Assembly: GCA_964003275.1 (NCBI GenBank)
Contig: CAXFJI010000001.1
Span: 1-37,725, forward strand
DNA length: 37,725 bases
Reading direction: 5' to 3'
Source: an uncultured Planctomycetaceae bacterium
GTDB lineage: Bacteria > Planctomycetota > Planctomycetia > Pirellulales > UBA1268
Shown: positions 1 to 9,098 of the stretch, one piece after another
Numbering within the stretch: the first letter of the stretch is position 1
How the letters are laid out: each line of letters begins with the position of its first letter
Notes under the pieces: generated by a model
Database searches by the model: none
The model's input: only the letters and a program-made list of their open reading frames with translations
What the model was told of the DNA's origin: nothing
Position numbers and translations under genes: made by a program

Positions 1-1844
1 CCCCCTGCCGCACCATTTGCGGCTGATACAAGGATAGTGTTTTTCCCTTGGTGCAGCACATTGGTAATCACCGTCATTGAGGCATTAGACCAATCATGAC
101 TCACTGTAATTTTTTCCCCATTGATGAAGAGAGTACCTTCGTTATCTGTAGCGATGACAGCAATTGCATGCTCGGGTTGTTTTTCCAAATCGATTATTTT
201 CCGAAACGAACGTTTCTCGCCTGACTGAGCAGAAGCGGATGCATTGGACCAGATCCACTTTGATGTTGGTTCAATGACCGTTGTGTCAGATGGCTCAAAT
301 CGTGTTACCACCGCATCAGATTTTTTGGGTGCTGATCCAGTAAGTTGCCAAATAGCATCGCTCAGCTGCTCAGCAGTCATGCGCCGTGGCGAAGGACCCT
401 GAAAAATATATTGAGAAGGTTTGGGAAGATTTTGGATCGCGGGTGTTGCAACACCATATATTTCAGATGAACAAATGATGTTGAGCACGTGCTTGATATT
501 CCACTGAGAATCCACAAGCTCATGGGCAAGTATCTCGAGGAGTTCTTCACTCCAAGGGGGCATTCGAAGAGCATCGACTGGGTGGACAAGACCCCGTCCC
601 ATCAGTCGAGCCCAGAGTCGGTTGACGAGATTACGAGACAACCAACCATTATCTGAGTGCGTTATAAGTGTAGCGAGCTGTATCAGCCTCTCCGACGGTA
701 ACGCATCTGCATCAATCTGTCCCAACTGATCAAACAGCCAACTTGGACGTGCTATGCGGCCAGTTGCTTTTTCACAACGGTGTAACTCTAGCGGTGTGTC
801 CGAAACGATTGCGGCCAGATCGTATGTTTGTTTGAGTGTCCAGCGGTCAACAAAAGAATCATGACAACTGGCACATTTGAGATTGATTCCAAGAAAAGTC
901 TGTCCAATATTTTGAGCGAATTGAATAGGGACAGTTTGGCTTGCGTTGACCGTTCCTCTCCAAACGATGCCATCAATAAAACCTCTCGACTCATCAGTTG
1001 GAGCAATAAGTTCACGAACAAACTGATCATATGGTTTATTTTCCATCAGTGATCTGTGCAGCCATGTTGTGATCTGTCGGCGGCCGCCTGTGATAAAGCC
1101 AGTGCCACTGTAATCATTGCGAAGAAGATCATTCCAAAATGAAAGCCAGTGTTCCGCATACTGCAGTTTTGTTGAGTCACTCAAGAGTTCCTCAACAAAA
1201 CGATGACGTTTGTTGCGGTTAGTGCTTGCAATAAATGATTGCACGACATCTGGTTGAGGGAGAAGTCCAACGAGATCGAGACTCACGCGTCGAAGAAATG
1301 TACGGTCATCACTTTGTGGTGGTCTCTGAATATGTTTTTCTTGAAAATAGTGATCAACGATTCGATCAACCGGGTTCGTACGACCGTTTTGAATGGGAGG
1401 TAAAACAATTCCTCGGAGTTTCAGAGGTGGTTCCCACGTGTCTGTTTCAAAGACAAAACCATTTTCCCAGATGGCACCCTCGTTAATCCATGTCTTCAGA
1501 AGATTTATGTCTTGGGGTGATAAGGGATCATTGTCACTCGGCATGCGGTAATCGGGATCGTGGCTGGTTACGCGAGAGATAATCTCACTGTTGTCTGAGT
1601 CACCTGAGATAAATCCGGGGATTTCGGAGTCCCCACCTCTGAGAAGATCATCCCGTGTATTAATAGAAAAGCCACCTTGGCGGGCACCGCCTGTATGACA
1701 CTCACCACATTTCTTCTTCAGGAGAGGGGCTACTTCATGAACAAAATCCAAAGCATTTGCGTGCCAGCCCTGAAAAAGGACGGTGATCATACACGCACAA
1801 CAGACGATACGGGATGTATTATTTCTTCTTTCGGAAGCGGCCAT
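1..1844 (-). CDS. PSCyt1 / PSCyt2(DUF1549) / PSD1(DUF1553)-family planctomycete cytochrome-like protein; the C-terminal end runs off the left window edge
   Basis: It is absent from the ORF track because there is no in-window stop. Hand translation of the minus strand from the ATG at 1844 gives MAASERRNNTSRIVCCACMITVLFQGWHANA (signal-like). This is followed by LLKKKCGECHTGG (CxxCH, about 1695-1709), RTFLRRVSLDLVGLLP and AEHWLSFWNDLLRND (DUF1549-like), LKCASCHDSFVDRW, and NRLWARLMGRGLVHPVDAL (DUF1553-like). A KWIWSNASA...LFINGEKITV...NTILVSAANGAAGG tail follows. The frame stays open to position 3. The start overlaps the upstream gene's 3' end by 26 nt. Confidence 0.8.
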   Translation of the reverse strand, partial: MAASERRNNTSRIVCCACMITVLFQGWHANALDFVHEVAPLLKKKCGECHTGGARQGGFSINTRDDLLRGGDSEIPGFISGDSDNSEIISRVTSHDPDYRMPSDNDPLSPQDINLLKTWINEGAIWENGFVFETDTWEPPLKLRGIVLPPIQNGRTNPVDRIVDHYFQEKHIQRPPQSDDRTFLRRVSLDLVGLLPQPDVVQSFIASTNRNKRHRFVEELLSDSTKLQYAEHWLSFWNDLLRNDYSGTGFITGGRRQITTWLHRSLMENKPYDQFVRELIAPTDESRGFIDGIVWRGTVNASQTVPIQFAQNIGQTFLGINLKCASCHDSFVDRWTLKQTYDLAAIVSDTPLELHRCEKATGRIARPSWLFDQLGQIDADALPSERLIQLATLITHSDNGWLSRNLVNRLWARLMGRGLVHPVDALRMPPWSEELLEILAHELVDSQWNIKHVLNIICSSEIYGVATPAIQNLPKPSQYIFQGPSPRRMTAEQLSDAIWQLTGSAPKKSDAVVTRFEPSDTTVIEPTSKWIWSNASASAQSGEKRSFRKIIDLEKQPEHAIAVIATDNEGTLFINGEKITVSHDWSNASMTVITNVLHQGKNTILVSAANGAAG

Positions 1845-4563
1845 CTCGTTTATTTCCCTTCGAAAGTGTGTACGCCAATAGATCAAGCACTTCTTCTTCA
1901 TTGAGTTGATTGAGAAGACCTTTTGGCATGAGTGACTCTGTGCCCGGAAAGATCTCTTCAATCATATCTTTTTGAATGGTTACAAACTTTGTGGCATCCT
2001 CAGGATCTGTCACGATGATAATGTGTTGATCATTATCAGAAATGATTCGACCGGTAATGACTTTCCCATCAGCGGTTTGAACAATGCTTGATTTGTACTG
2101 ATCACTGACAACCTTACTTGGGTCGATAATGGCTTCAACCATATCTTTGATCTGAAAACGACCACCAGCCTGGGTCAAGTCAGGACCAGTTGCACCACCA
2201 TCTTCACCAAACCGGTGGCATACGATGCATCGAGCAGCCGCAAATGCCCGCTGCCCTTTTTGAAAATCTCTTGTTCTCGGCCCAAGGCCTTTCTTGGTAG
2301 CGGTGAGAATAGTTTCGAGTGTCCATGGCTGACCAGGACCCTGTGGTTTTGGAAGCGGTGGAGGGACGTAAGGCTTTCGCACGCCGAGTGTTTCCAGCGC
2401 CATTTTTTCTGTATCGGTCAGGTGAGCAAGGCTCTCATTTTCAATATTTGACAAAAATTTTCGGTAACTGTTTCCTCCGGCCCAGTTCCGTGCCTTCGCA
2501 AACCACTCGTAGTAGTGCTTTCGATCAGTGTTCGTCCATAACTCTTTTTCATTCACTGTGCGAAGAACATATGCATAATGAAGTTGTAAGAGGTCACCTC
2601 GATTATCCAGTGAGCTTCGTACCGCACCACCGTAACGAGCATTTCTTTCAGTAAGCCTGCGGAGATCGTCTTCGTTTGGTGCGAGGTTGGTAGAGGCTGC
2701 AGTTTTTGTTGGTTGTGAAAGTTGGTTGACAAGTTGTGTCACAATGCCCGGAGCACGCACTGCAACCAACACGGATGAAAGTTCACGATCAAGATCAAAC
2801 GAACCAGAGGGAAACAATGGTGCAAATCGCTTGGCAATCCGTTGCTTCGTCGTTTGTGATGGATGACCAAGTCGAATCATGACGAGTTCATAGGCTCGAA
2901 GGAGTGCAATGAGTTCAGATTCTCCGAGTGTTGTCGGATCAATACGACCAAGGGCTTCCAACACAGACTGTTGGGCCTTTGGATCAGCTTGACGTGCAAC
3001 GGCAATGGCAGCCTCAATGAGTGCTAATGGAGGTTGTTTGTTTGCGAGGGATTTTTCTTGCCACAGTTCAAGTGGTTGGTGCTCAAGTGCGACACGGGCT
3101 GCATAGCGGATAAATCGATCTGGATTGGAGAGATGTGGTATAGCCAACGACACAGCATTTGCAGGATCACGTACAGTCGTATGCAACTCTTCGAGTGCGT
3201 GTCGAACGTTTCGCGCTTTCCGATGAAGAATATCGGAGGCATCGACAGGAGTGGTTGATTCAGAGCCCGTGTAGATCACTCGATAGAGTTCACTTTGTCC
3301 GCCACGTCCACCGACAGCGAAATAAATGGCTCCGTCTTTTCCCACAGTCATATCAGTCAGTGGGAGTGGCGTGCGCGTCATGAATTCTTCTTTGGTGCCT
3401 TTGTAGGTAGAACCGTCAGGCTCCAAGTGAATGGCATACATCGTGCCAAAGGTCCAATCGCAAATGTAGAGAGCTTTTTGATACCTAGCAGGAAATTTTG
3501 TTCCATAGCCAAAAGCAACACCAACCGGAGATCCTGGTCCGATATTCACAACAGGAGGTAAGCTGTCCGGATATCCAATAGGCCATTTTCCAGTACCACT
3601 CCGCCAGCCAAGTTCACTCCCACTGGTTGCATGGTTGACGCGAGTAGGTCGATACCATGGCGTACCAAAATCCCATTCCATATCGGCGTCATATACAAAC
3701 AATTCTCCATCAGCATTGAAAGCAAAGTCATATGGGTTGCGATACCCAGCGGTCCATACATCCCATGCGTTCCCTTCTGGATCGGTACTGATGACAAATC
3801 CACCTGGTGCAAGTCTGCCTGCGGCATGACCATTTCCATCCCACATCCGTGTGATGATGAGGTCTTCATCCCAGTTGGCCGGGAGCCGACTTGTACCGTC
3901 AGAGGCAAGCGAAACACGTCGCTGAGAGTCACGAATACCACCCATTGTTTGTGGCTCAGTAATATCCGTGACATCAAAGGGAATACTTGTGTGATTGCCG
4001 CAGATAATAAATAAGCGTTTGCCGTCAGGAGACAGAAGAATATTGTGAGGGCCATGCTCACCACCACCTTGAAATTCACGAAGTTTTTCAACGGTTTCAA
4101 GGGTGTCGTCATGATCTGTATCAGTGACCCGATAGAGTCCACTGCCTGTTCCACCATTGCAAACAACATATAGAGCATCAAACGCCCACAACATTCCTTG
4201 GGCGCCTGTGATGTTTGCAGGAACTTTTTCAACAATGGTTTGGTCGGATGTTCCAATGGGAGCCGGGGTGATTCGTACTAATCCTTTTCCACCTTGATCA
4301 CTTGCTAAGACTCGGCCTTTTGGATCCGTTGTGAGACATACCCAAGATCCAAGTTCTTCACGTGGAACGACAAAGAGTCGTTCAACAGCAAAACCATTTG
4401 GAAGGATAAAAGAAGGTTTGTCACCAGAGTTGGTTGTATCAGTGTCGCTTGAAGCAATCACAGGCATTTTTTCGAGCGGTTGCCGCCAGATACCATCATC
4501 CGCAGCGGCCGACACCATGCTCCATGTCACAACAGAACACAGTACCCAGAATATTCGGTTCAT
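1819..4563 (-). CDS. Pirellula/Verrucomicrobium-type putative membrane-bound dehydrogenase domain + HEAT-like repeats + C-terminal cytochrome c (heme-binding) domain protein
   Basis: 914-aa ORF. The N-terminal signal is MNRIFWVLCSVVTWSMVSAAA. The beta-propeller/SGL-like N-terminal half contains FAVERLFVVPREELGSWVCLTTDPKGRVLASDQ. A helical repeat region lies in the middle. The C-terminus carries CIVCHRFGEDGGATGPDL (CxxCH). Confidence 0.85.
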   Translation of the reverse strand: MNRIFWVLCSVVTWSMVSAAADDGIWRQPLEKMPVIASSDTDTTNSGDKPSFILPNGFAVERLFVVPREELGSWVCLTTDPKGRVLASDQGGKGLVRITPAPIGTSDQTIVEKVPANITGAQGMLWAFDALYVVCNGGTGSGLYRVTDTDHDDTLETVEKLREFQGGGEHGPHNILLSPDGKRLFIICGNHTSIPFDVTDITEPQTMGGIRDSQRRVSLASDGTSRLPANWDEDLIITRMWDGNGHAAGRLAPGGFVISTDPEGNAWDVWTAGYRNPYDFAFNADGELFVYDADMEWDFGTPWYRPTRVNHATSGSELGWRSGTGKWPIGYPDSLPPVVNIGPGSPVGVAFGYGTKFPARYQKALYICDWTFGTMYAIHLEPDGSTYKGTKEEFMTRTPLPLTDMTVGKDGAIYFAVGGRGGQSELYRVIYTGSESTTPVDASDILHRKARNVRHALEELHTTVRDPANAVSLAIPHLSNPDRFIRYAARVALEHQPLELWQEKSLANKQPPLALIEAAIAVARQADPKAQQSVLEALGRIDPTTLGESELIALLRAYELVMIRLGHPSQTTKQRIAKRFAPLFPSGSFDLDRELSSVLVAVRAPGIVTQLVNQLSQPTKTAASTNLAPNEDDLRRLTERNARYGGAVRSSLDNRGDLLQLHYAYVLRTVNEKELWTNTDRKHYYEWFAKARNWAGGNSYRKFLSNIENESLAHLTDTEKMALETLGVRKPYVPPPLPKPQGPGQPWTLETILTATKKGLGPRTRDFQKGQRAFAAARCIVCHRFGEDGGATGPDLTQAGGRFQIKDMVEAIIDPSKVVSDQYKSSIVQTADGKVITGRIISDNDQHIIIVTDPEDATKFVTIQKDMIEEIFPGTESLMPKGLLNQLNEEEVLDLLAYTLSKGNKRDGRFRKKK

Positions 4564-4780
4564 AAGAAAACCTTTCGATGCAGAGGGAAAATGATCGGTG
4601 GACCGTTACTTGGACAAACCAGGGTGAGGGTGCCATGGAACTCCAAAGAGTCTGTTGGGAACACCCACATCGCCGTCTGAAAGGTAAATCCATCAAACGC
4701 GGATCCGAAGAAGAATCGATCAGTGGGGTCGTTTCATTTTACACCATCAACTGACCTGCGGGTCCTTTTGCATAATGGTA

Positions 4781-4816
4781 AGAAACAATCAGTATTTAAG
4801 GCGAGAAACAATCAGT
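4781..4816. repeat. Perfect 13-bp direct repeat AGAAACAATCAGT x2 (4781-4793 and 4804-4816, 23 bp start to start) in a divergent intergenic region
   Basis: Read directly from the sequence. It is followed by the palindrome TGACAT-N6-ATGTCA (4822-4839). It lies between the dehydrogenase gene start (4563, minus) and the EF-hand gene start (4999, plus). Confidence 0.8.
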
Positions 4817-4998
4817 GTAAATGACATCAGAAAATGTCACTCCTGAACCATGGAAAGAAGATTTTTAATATCAAAGCCAAGGAGAAAACTGCAACTTTTT
4901 GCATTTTATACCGTTTTAAGAATACGCTCTTCAGTCTGGGGGCGTCAGTCCTGATAGCCATTTTGTTGGTTTCTTTTACTTATGAGGAAGAACGATCT

Positions 4999-5295
4999 AT
5001 GATTAAGACAGTATTTTCTTGCCTGATGGCAGCCATGGCCGTTTCGTTGTTCACAACTGCTTCCGTCTATGCGGCTGATGAAAAGCCAAAGATGGATCCA
5101 GAAAAAGTTTTCAAAAAACGGGATAAGGACGGTGACGGCTCGCTCTCAAAGGAGGAGTTTCTGTCTGCTGTCAAGGGAGACAAAAAAGAAGGTATGGAGA
5201 AGCGATTCGACAGAATGGACTCAAATGGTGATGGCAAGGTTTCTCTTGAGGAATTTAAGACCGCCATTGCTTCAGCCAAGAAAAAGAAGAAATAA
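4999..5295 (+). CDS. Secreted small EF-hand pair calcium-binding protein
   Basis: Two canonical 12-residue EF loops are present: DKDGDGSLSKEE and DSNGDGKVSLEE. The signal peptide is MIKTVFSCLMAAMAVSLFTTASVYA. GAGGAAG lies upstream of the ATG at 4999. The ORF-track start at 4834 adds 55 aa that look non-native. The C-terminus is a poly-Lys tail. Confidence 0.8.
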   Translation: MIKTVFSCLMAAMAVSLFTTASVYAADEKPKMDPEKVFKKRDKDGDGSLSKEEFLSAVKGDKKEGMEKRFDRMDSNGDGKVSLEEFKTAIASAKKKKK

Positions 5296-5372
5296 TTGGT
5301 TTGTCATACATACATAGAGAAGGTTGAATGAGCGATCCAATGTCACGATGCGTCAATCATTTGGAGGTGAGG

Positions 5373-7352
5373 ATGAGCCACTTCGTTTCAGTTCAATACT
5401 TCAGCAGGATGAAGACAGTCGTCACACTTTGTGTGGCGGCTGTCCTTCTGTTTTCCTGTGGTATTGCCTCTGCGCAGAAATACCAAGGGAAATGGAAGAA
5501 GCCTCAGCCGCCGAAAAGTAAGCTTCCTGAAGCCGTGCGCACCCCACTATCCAGTAAAGTGATAGAGGTGGCTCCAGTTGATCGTTCAACCCGTCCTGAC
5601 ATCCAAAAGGCGGCAAAGAAAATAGATAAACTCTTAGCTGCTCACTGGGCGGACAAAGAGGTCAAGCCGTCAACGCCTCTCAGCGACCAGCAGTTTCTTC
5701 GTCGCGTGTTTCTTGAGTTAGGTGGAAGAATCCCAAGTTATTACGAAGTCAAGGCGTTTCTTGATAGTGATCGTGATCGTGGTGAGTTGATTGACTATCT
5801 TCTTGAAAGCCCTGCGTATGTCAGCCATTTCTACAACTTTTGGGCAGATATTCTGAGGCTTGTGGAACGACCACAACGGAATCTGGTGTTTGAGCCATAT
5901 CTTTTCTACGTCAAGGACTCGATTGCCTCTAATAAGCCATACAATACATGGGTCCACGAGATGCTCACGGCCGATGGTCTTCTGTGGGAAAACCCTGCCG
6001 TTGGTTTTCAATTACGTGATTCGGGCATGCCGTTACCCTATGTGGATAACACTATTCGTGTTCTTCTTGGAAAGCAGATTGGATGTGCACAGTGTCACGA
6101 CCATCCATTTGATGACTGGACGCAGCATCAATTTTATGAACTGGCAGCATTTTTATCTGGAACCAAACTGCGTGGTGGTAATGGCAAAAGCATGATGAGC
6201 ATGAGTGGCTCTGGAAGCCCGCAAAAGCTCATCAAGGAAGCTCGGGCAGACGCTGTGAAAAACAATAAAAGCCCAGCCGGTTTTATTCAGTTTATACAAG
6301 CGAATACAACAAACGTGAGCTTCAAAGAAGCGCCTCTCAAACTTCCGCACGATTATCAGTACGACGATGCGAAACCCTTAGCGGTTGTGAGCCCGAAAGT
6401 GCTCTGGGGTGAAATACCAGCAAACGCAAAGGATAAAGATAAACGAGAACAATTGGCCTCATGGATTGTTCGTGACCGACAATTTGCCCGAATGATTGCG
6501 AATCGGATGTGGAAGAAAATCATGGGGATTGGCATTGTTGAGCCGATCGATGATTTTCAGGATGGAAATGTTGCGATTCTTCCAGAACTTCTTGAACATC
6601 TCACCGATGAAATGATTCGGCTTGACTTTGATCTTCGTGAGTTTGTCAGAATTCTTGTTTCAACGGATGTCTATCAAAGAGAAGCAGTTGTGTTTGATCC
6701 ATCGGAAGGAACACCATTCCGGTTTACTGCTCCCGCGCTCAGGCGAATGACTGCTGAGCAGCTCTGGGATTCAATCGTGACTCTCGTTGCGTATAACGCA
6801 TGGGGTATGCAGAGGCCTACGGCGAATGAAATTGCCCAGTCCGCTGGAGTGGATTTCTCAAAAGCGACATTCGAGTCTGCATCGACTCAATACCAAAACT
6901 TTAACGGTGAATTTGGTCGTGGAAGACAGATGCGTTCGCTTCAACAAAAGGTTGGCTACAAGGGCCAGTTGCTTGTTCGCGCAAGTGAAATACCAACGCC
7001 GCTGCCACTCGGGCATTTTTTACGACAGTTTGGTCAGAGTGATCGAGAAGTTATTGAGGGGTCACGTACGGTGGCAACGGTGCCGCAGATCCTCACGATG
7101 TTCAACGGTCCCATTACCCATAGCATGTTGGAAGTTGGGTCTGTTATCTACGACAATGTAGTGGCCGCCGTTCCGAAAGGTCCCAACGAAGTCATTACGG
7201 TGATATTCATGTCCTTGTTGTCTCATCCGCCGACCCTTGAAGAGCGGCGGCTTGGTCGTATGGAGATTGAGTCAGCCGAAACTCCGGCAGCTGGATATGG
7301 CAATTTGATTTGGGCGCTCTTAAACACACGTGAATTCATATTTATTCAATAA
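5373..7352 (+). CDS. DUF1549 (PSCyt2) + DUF1553 (PSD1) domain protein, with no PSCyt1 domain
   Basis: Motifs: QQFLRRVFLELGGRIPSYYEV, FYNFWADILRL, GCAQCHDHPFDDW, ANRMWKKIMGIGIVEPIDDF, and the C-terminal ALLNTREFIFIQ. GGAGGTGAGG lies directly before the ATG at 5373. A signal-like stretch MKTVVTLCVAAVLLFSCGIASAQ follows. The start is ambiguous between 5328, 5373 and 5409. Confidence 0.85.
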   Translation: MSHFVSVQYFSRMKTVVTLCVAAVLLFSCGIASAQKYQGKWKKPQPPKSKLPEAVRTPLSSKVIEVAPVDRSTRPDIQKAAKKIDKLLAAHWADKEVKPSTPLSDQQFLRRVFLELGGRIPSYYEVKAFLDSDRDRGELIDYLLESPAYVSHFYNFWADILRLVERPQRNLVFEPYLFYVKDSIASNKPYNTWVHEMLTADGLLWENPAVGFQLRDSGMPLPYVDNTIRVLLGKQIGCAQCHDHPFDDWTQHQFYELAAFLSGTKLRGGNGKSMMSMSGSGSPQKLIKEARADAVKNNKSPAGFIQFIQANTTNVSFKEAPLKLPHDYQYDDAKPLAVVSPKVLWGEIPANAKDKDKREQLASWIVRDRQFARMIANRMWKKIMGIGIVEPIDDFQDGNVAILPELLEHLTDEMIRLDFDLREFVRILVSTDVYQREAVVFDPSEGTPFRFTAPALRRMTAEQLWDSIVTLVAYNAWGMQRPTANEIAQSAGVDFSKATFESASTQYQNFNGEFGRGRQMRSLQQKVGYKGQLLVRASEIPTPLPLGHFLRQFGQSDREVIEGSRTVATVPQILTMFNGPITHSMLEVGSVIYDNVVAAVPKGPNEVITVIFMSLLSHPPTLEERRLGRMEIESAETPAAGYGNLIWALLNTREFIFIQ

Positions 7353-7394
7353 CAATAGTTATCAAGAGTTTTTGCTTGGGTATTGGAGGTAAAC

Positions 7395-8687
7395 ATGGCA
7401 GGTTTGTATCCCATTGACCAGAGTCTGACGCGTCGCGGACTATTTGGACGGATGGCCGGAGCGGCATTCGGTGTCAGCGTGCTCGACATGGTGGGAGGAC
7501 GAGTCCCGCTTGGCCTGGCAGCTGATGTGGCAGCCAGTGATATCAGTGTGATCTTTTTGCAGATGCGTGGTGCAATGAGTCATCTTGATACATTTGATCC
7601 AAAACCTGGACGGGAAGAGCAGGGTGAAACAAAAGCCATCAAAACAAAGACACCAGGAGTACTTTTTGGTGAATACCTCCCAAACCTTGCCGGCATGTCC
7701 GATCGTCTTGCAGTGCTTCGTGGGATGACAACAGAAACTGGAGCGCATCAACAGGCAACCTATCTCATGCGTACGAGTTACTCCGAACTCAATAGCATTG
7801 TGCATCCTTCAATGGGTTCATGGACACTGAATGTGAAAGGAAAGACAAGCAAGGGCAAAGATCTTCCGGGGTATGTACTTGTTGGCAATGGCAATGAGCA
7901 TCCAGGTGCAGGTTTTTTGGATGCGTCTCTGACGCCTGTTCCCGTCGCTGATCCAAAGCTCGGTTTGGAAAATACAGTTCAACCGTCCTATCTCTCCGAT
8001 AAACAGTTCAAACACAGGCTTTCATTAGCAGATCGGATTGATAAGGATTTCAAGAAAACACATAAAGGCCCTCAAATTGCGGCGTACGATCAGATGTATA
8101 AAGATGCGACGCGATTGCTTGGGAGTGTTGATCTTGAAGCATTCGATCTTTCAAAAGAGCCAGAAAATATTCGTTCCCGCTACGGTACATCCAAGTTTGG
8201 CCAGGGCTGTATGCTGGCAAGAAGATTAATCGAGTCTGGTGTGCGATGTGTTGAGGTTGAGTCTGGTGGATGGGATATGCATCGTGGCATCTTTGACAGT
8301 TTGCCAGGAAATGTCGGTGCTCTTGATGCTGGGATGGCAGCCTTGCTAGACGATCTTTCCGAGCGCGGCATGCTTGAAAAAACCCTTGTCGTGCTAGGCA
8401 CTGAGTTTGGGCGATCTCCCGGGATCAACCAAAATGCTGGTCGTGATCATCACCCTGCAGTCTTTTCTTGTGTGCTGGCCGGAGCAGGAATCAAGGGTGG
8501 TACAACCTATGGGACTTCTGACGAGCGTGGCTTCCATCCGGATGAGGATGCGGTCACCATACAAGACTTCAATACAACGATTGCCATAGCAGCTGGACTA
8601 CCACACGATAAGGAATTCTTTGCTCCGAATGGACGTCCGTTCAAGATCGGTGACGGAGGTGATCCAATCAAGGCGATTCTGGCTTGA
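7395..8687 (+). CDS. DUF1501 family protein (sulfatase/alkaline-phosphatase-like fold) with twin-arginine signal
   Basis: The Tat motif is LTRRGLFGRMAGAAFG. Core motifs are RGAMSHLDTFDPKP and GWDMH...LVVLGTEFGRSP...GRDHHP. GGAGG lies 5 nt before the ATG at 7395. The gene starts 42 nt after the DUF1553 gene. Confidence 0.9.
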   Translation: MAGLYPIDQSLTRRGLFGRMAGAAFGVSVLDMVGGRVPLGLAADVAASDISVIFLQMRGAMSHLDTFDPKPGREEQGETKAIKTKTPGVLFGEYLPNLAGMSDRLAVLRGMTTETGAHQQATYLMRTSYSELNSIVHPSMGSWTLNVKGKTSKGKDLPGYVLVGNGNEHPGAGFLDASLTPVPVADPKLGLENTVQPSYLSDKQFKHRLSLADRIDKDFKKTHKGPQIAAYDQMYKDATRLLGSVDLEAFDLSKEPENIRSRYGTSKFGQGCMLARRLIESGVRCVEVESGGWDMHRGIFDSLPGNVGALDAGMAALLDDLSERGMLEKTLVVLGTEFGRSPGINQNAGRDHHPAVFSCVLAGAGIKGGTTYGTSDERGFHPDEDAVTIQDFNTTIAIAAGLPHDKEFFAPNGRPFKIGDGGDPIKAILA

Positions 8688-9098
8688 TGGTAAGTGGTGG
8701 TGACGCTCTCCATTATTCTCAATGGGCGCGTACACGGTTTTGTCACAACTTTCTGCCAGTTGTTGCTGCGAGTCCACGTCTCTCGGGATATATCTGAATG
8801 AAGGTATGCCATAGTTCATATCCCCAGTTATGAAGAGAGGGATCATCTGTACCGTATCATGAAGTCCGCGGATAATCGGTGACCATGAAAACGTCATCAT
8901 GGTAAATCGTATCAGCCTGAAGCAGACGCAAAGACACACTGCAATGTTGCAGAATACACTGCCTTCATCAACGTGAGGATTTATTGGCATCTCTCTTCTC
9001 AAAGTGTCACAATAAGAGTGATTGTATTGTTCAGAGCGCCGTGCGAAACTCTTTATCACTATTTGAAATTAACTGGAGAGACTGACGGCTGGGTTTTT

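Noticed and set aside
3546-4256. 236-aa minus-strand ORF, plus several 60-130-aa ORFs, inside the 914-aa dehydrogenase gene
   Set aside because: These are alternative-frame or antisense ORFs fully embedded in a well-supported CDS. They have low-complexity composition and no recognisable motifs.
9001-9030. Motif AGTGT...GTGATTG shared between this leader and the leader at 16946-16966, considered as a possible common operator of the sulfatase block
   Set aside because: The shared exact core is only 7 bp, with different spacing and different distance to the start codons. Many such matches are expected by chance between two ~400-bp regions.
8598-9059. 153-aa minus-strand ORF spanning the 411-nt gap between DUF1501 and the PQQ-propeller gene; also a 36-codon plus-strand ORF starting at the TGATG overlap at 8687
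   Set aside because: The long ORF overlaps the 3' end of the DUF1501 CDS. It has no SD, signal or recognisable domain and is Cys/His/Arg-rich. The short ORF has no support beyond the stop-start overlap. I treat the gap as non-coding leader or promoter.
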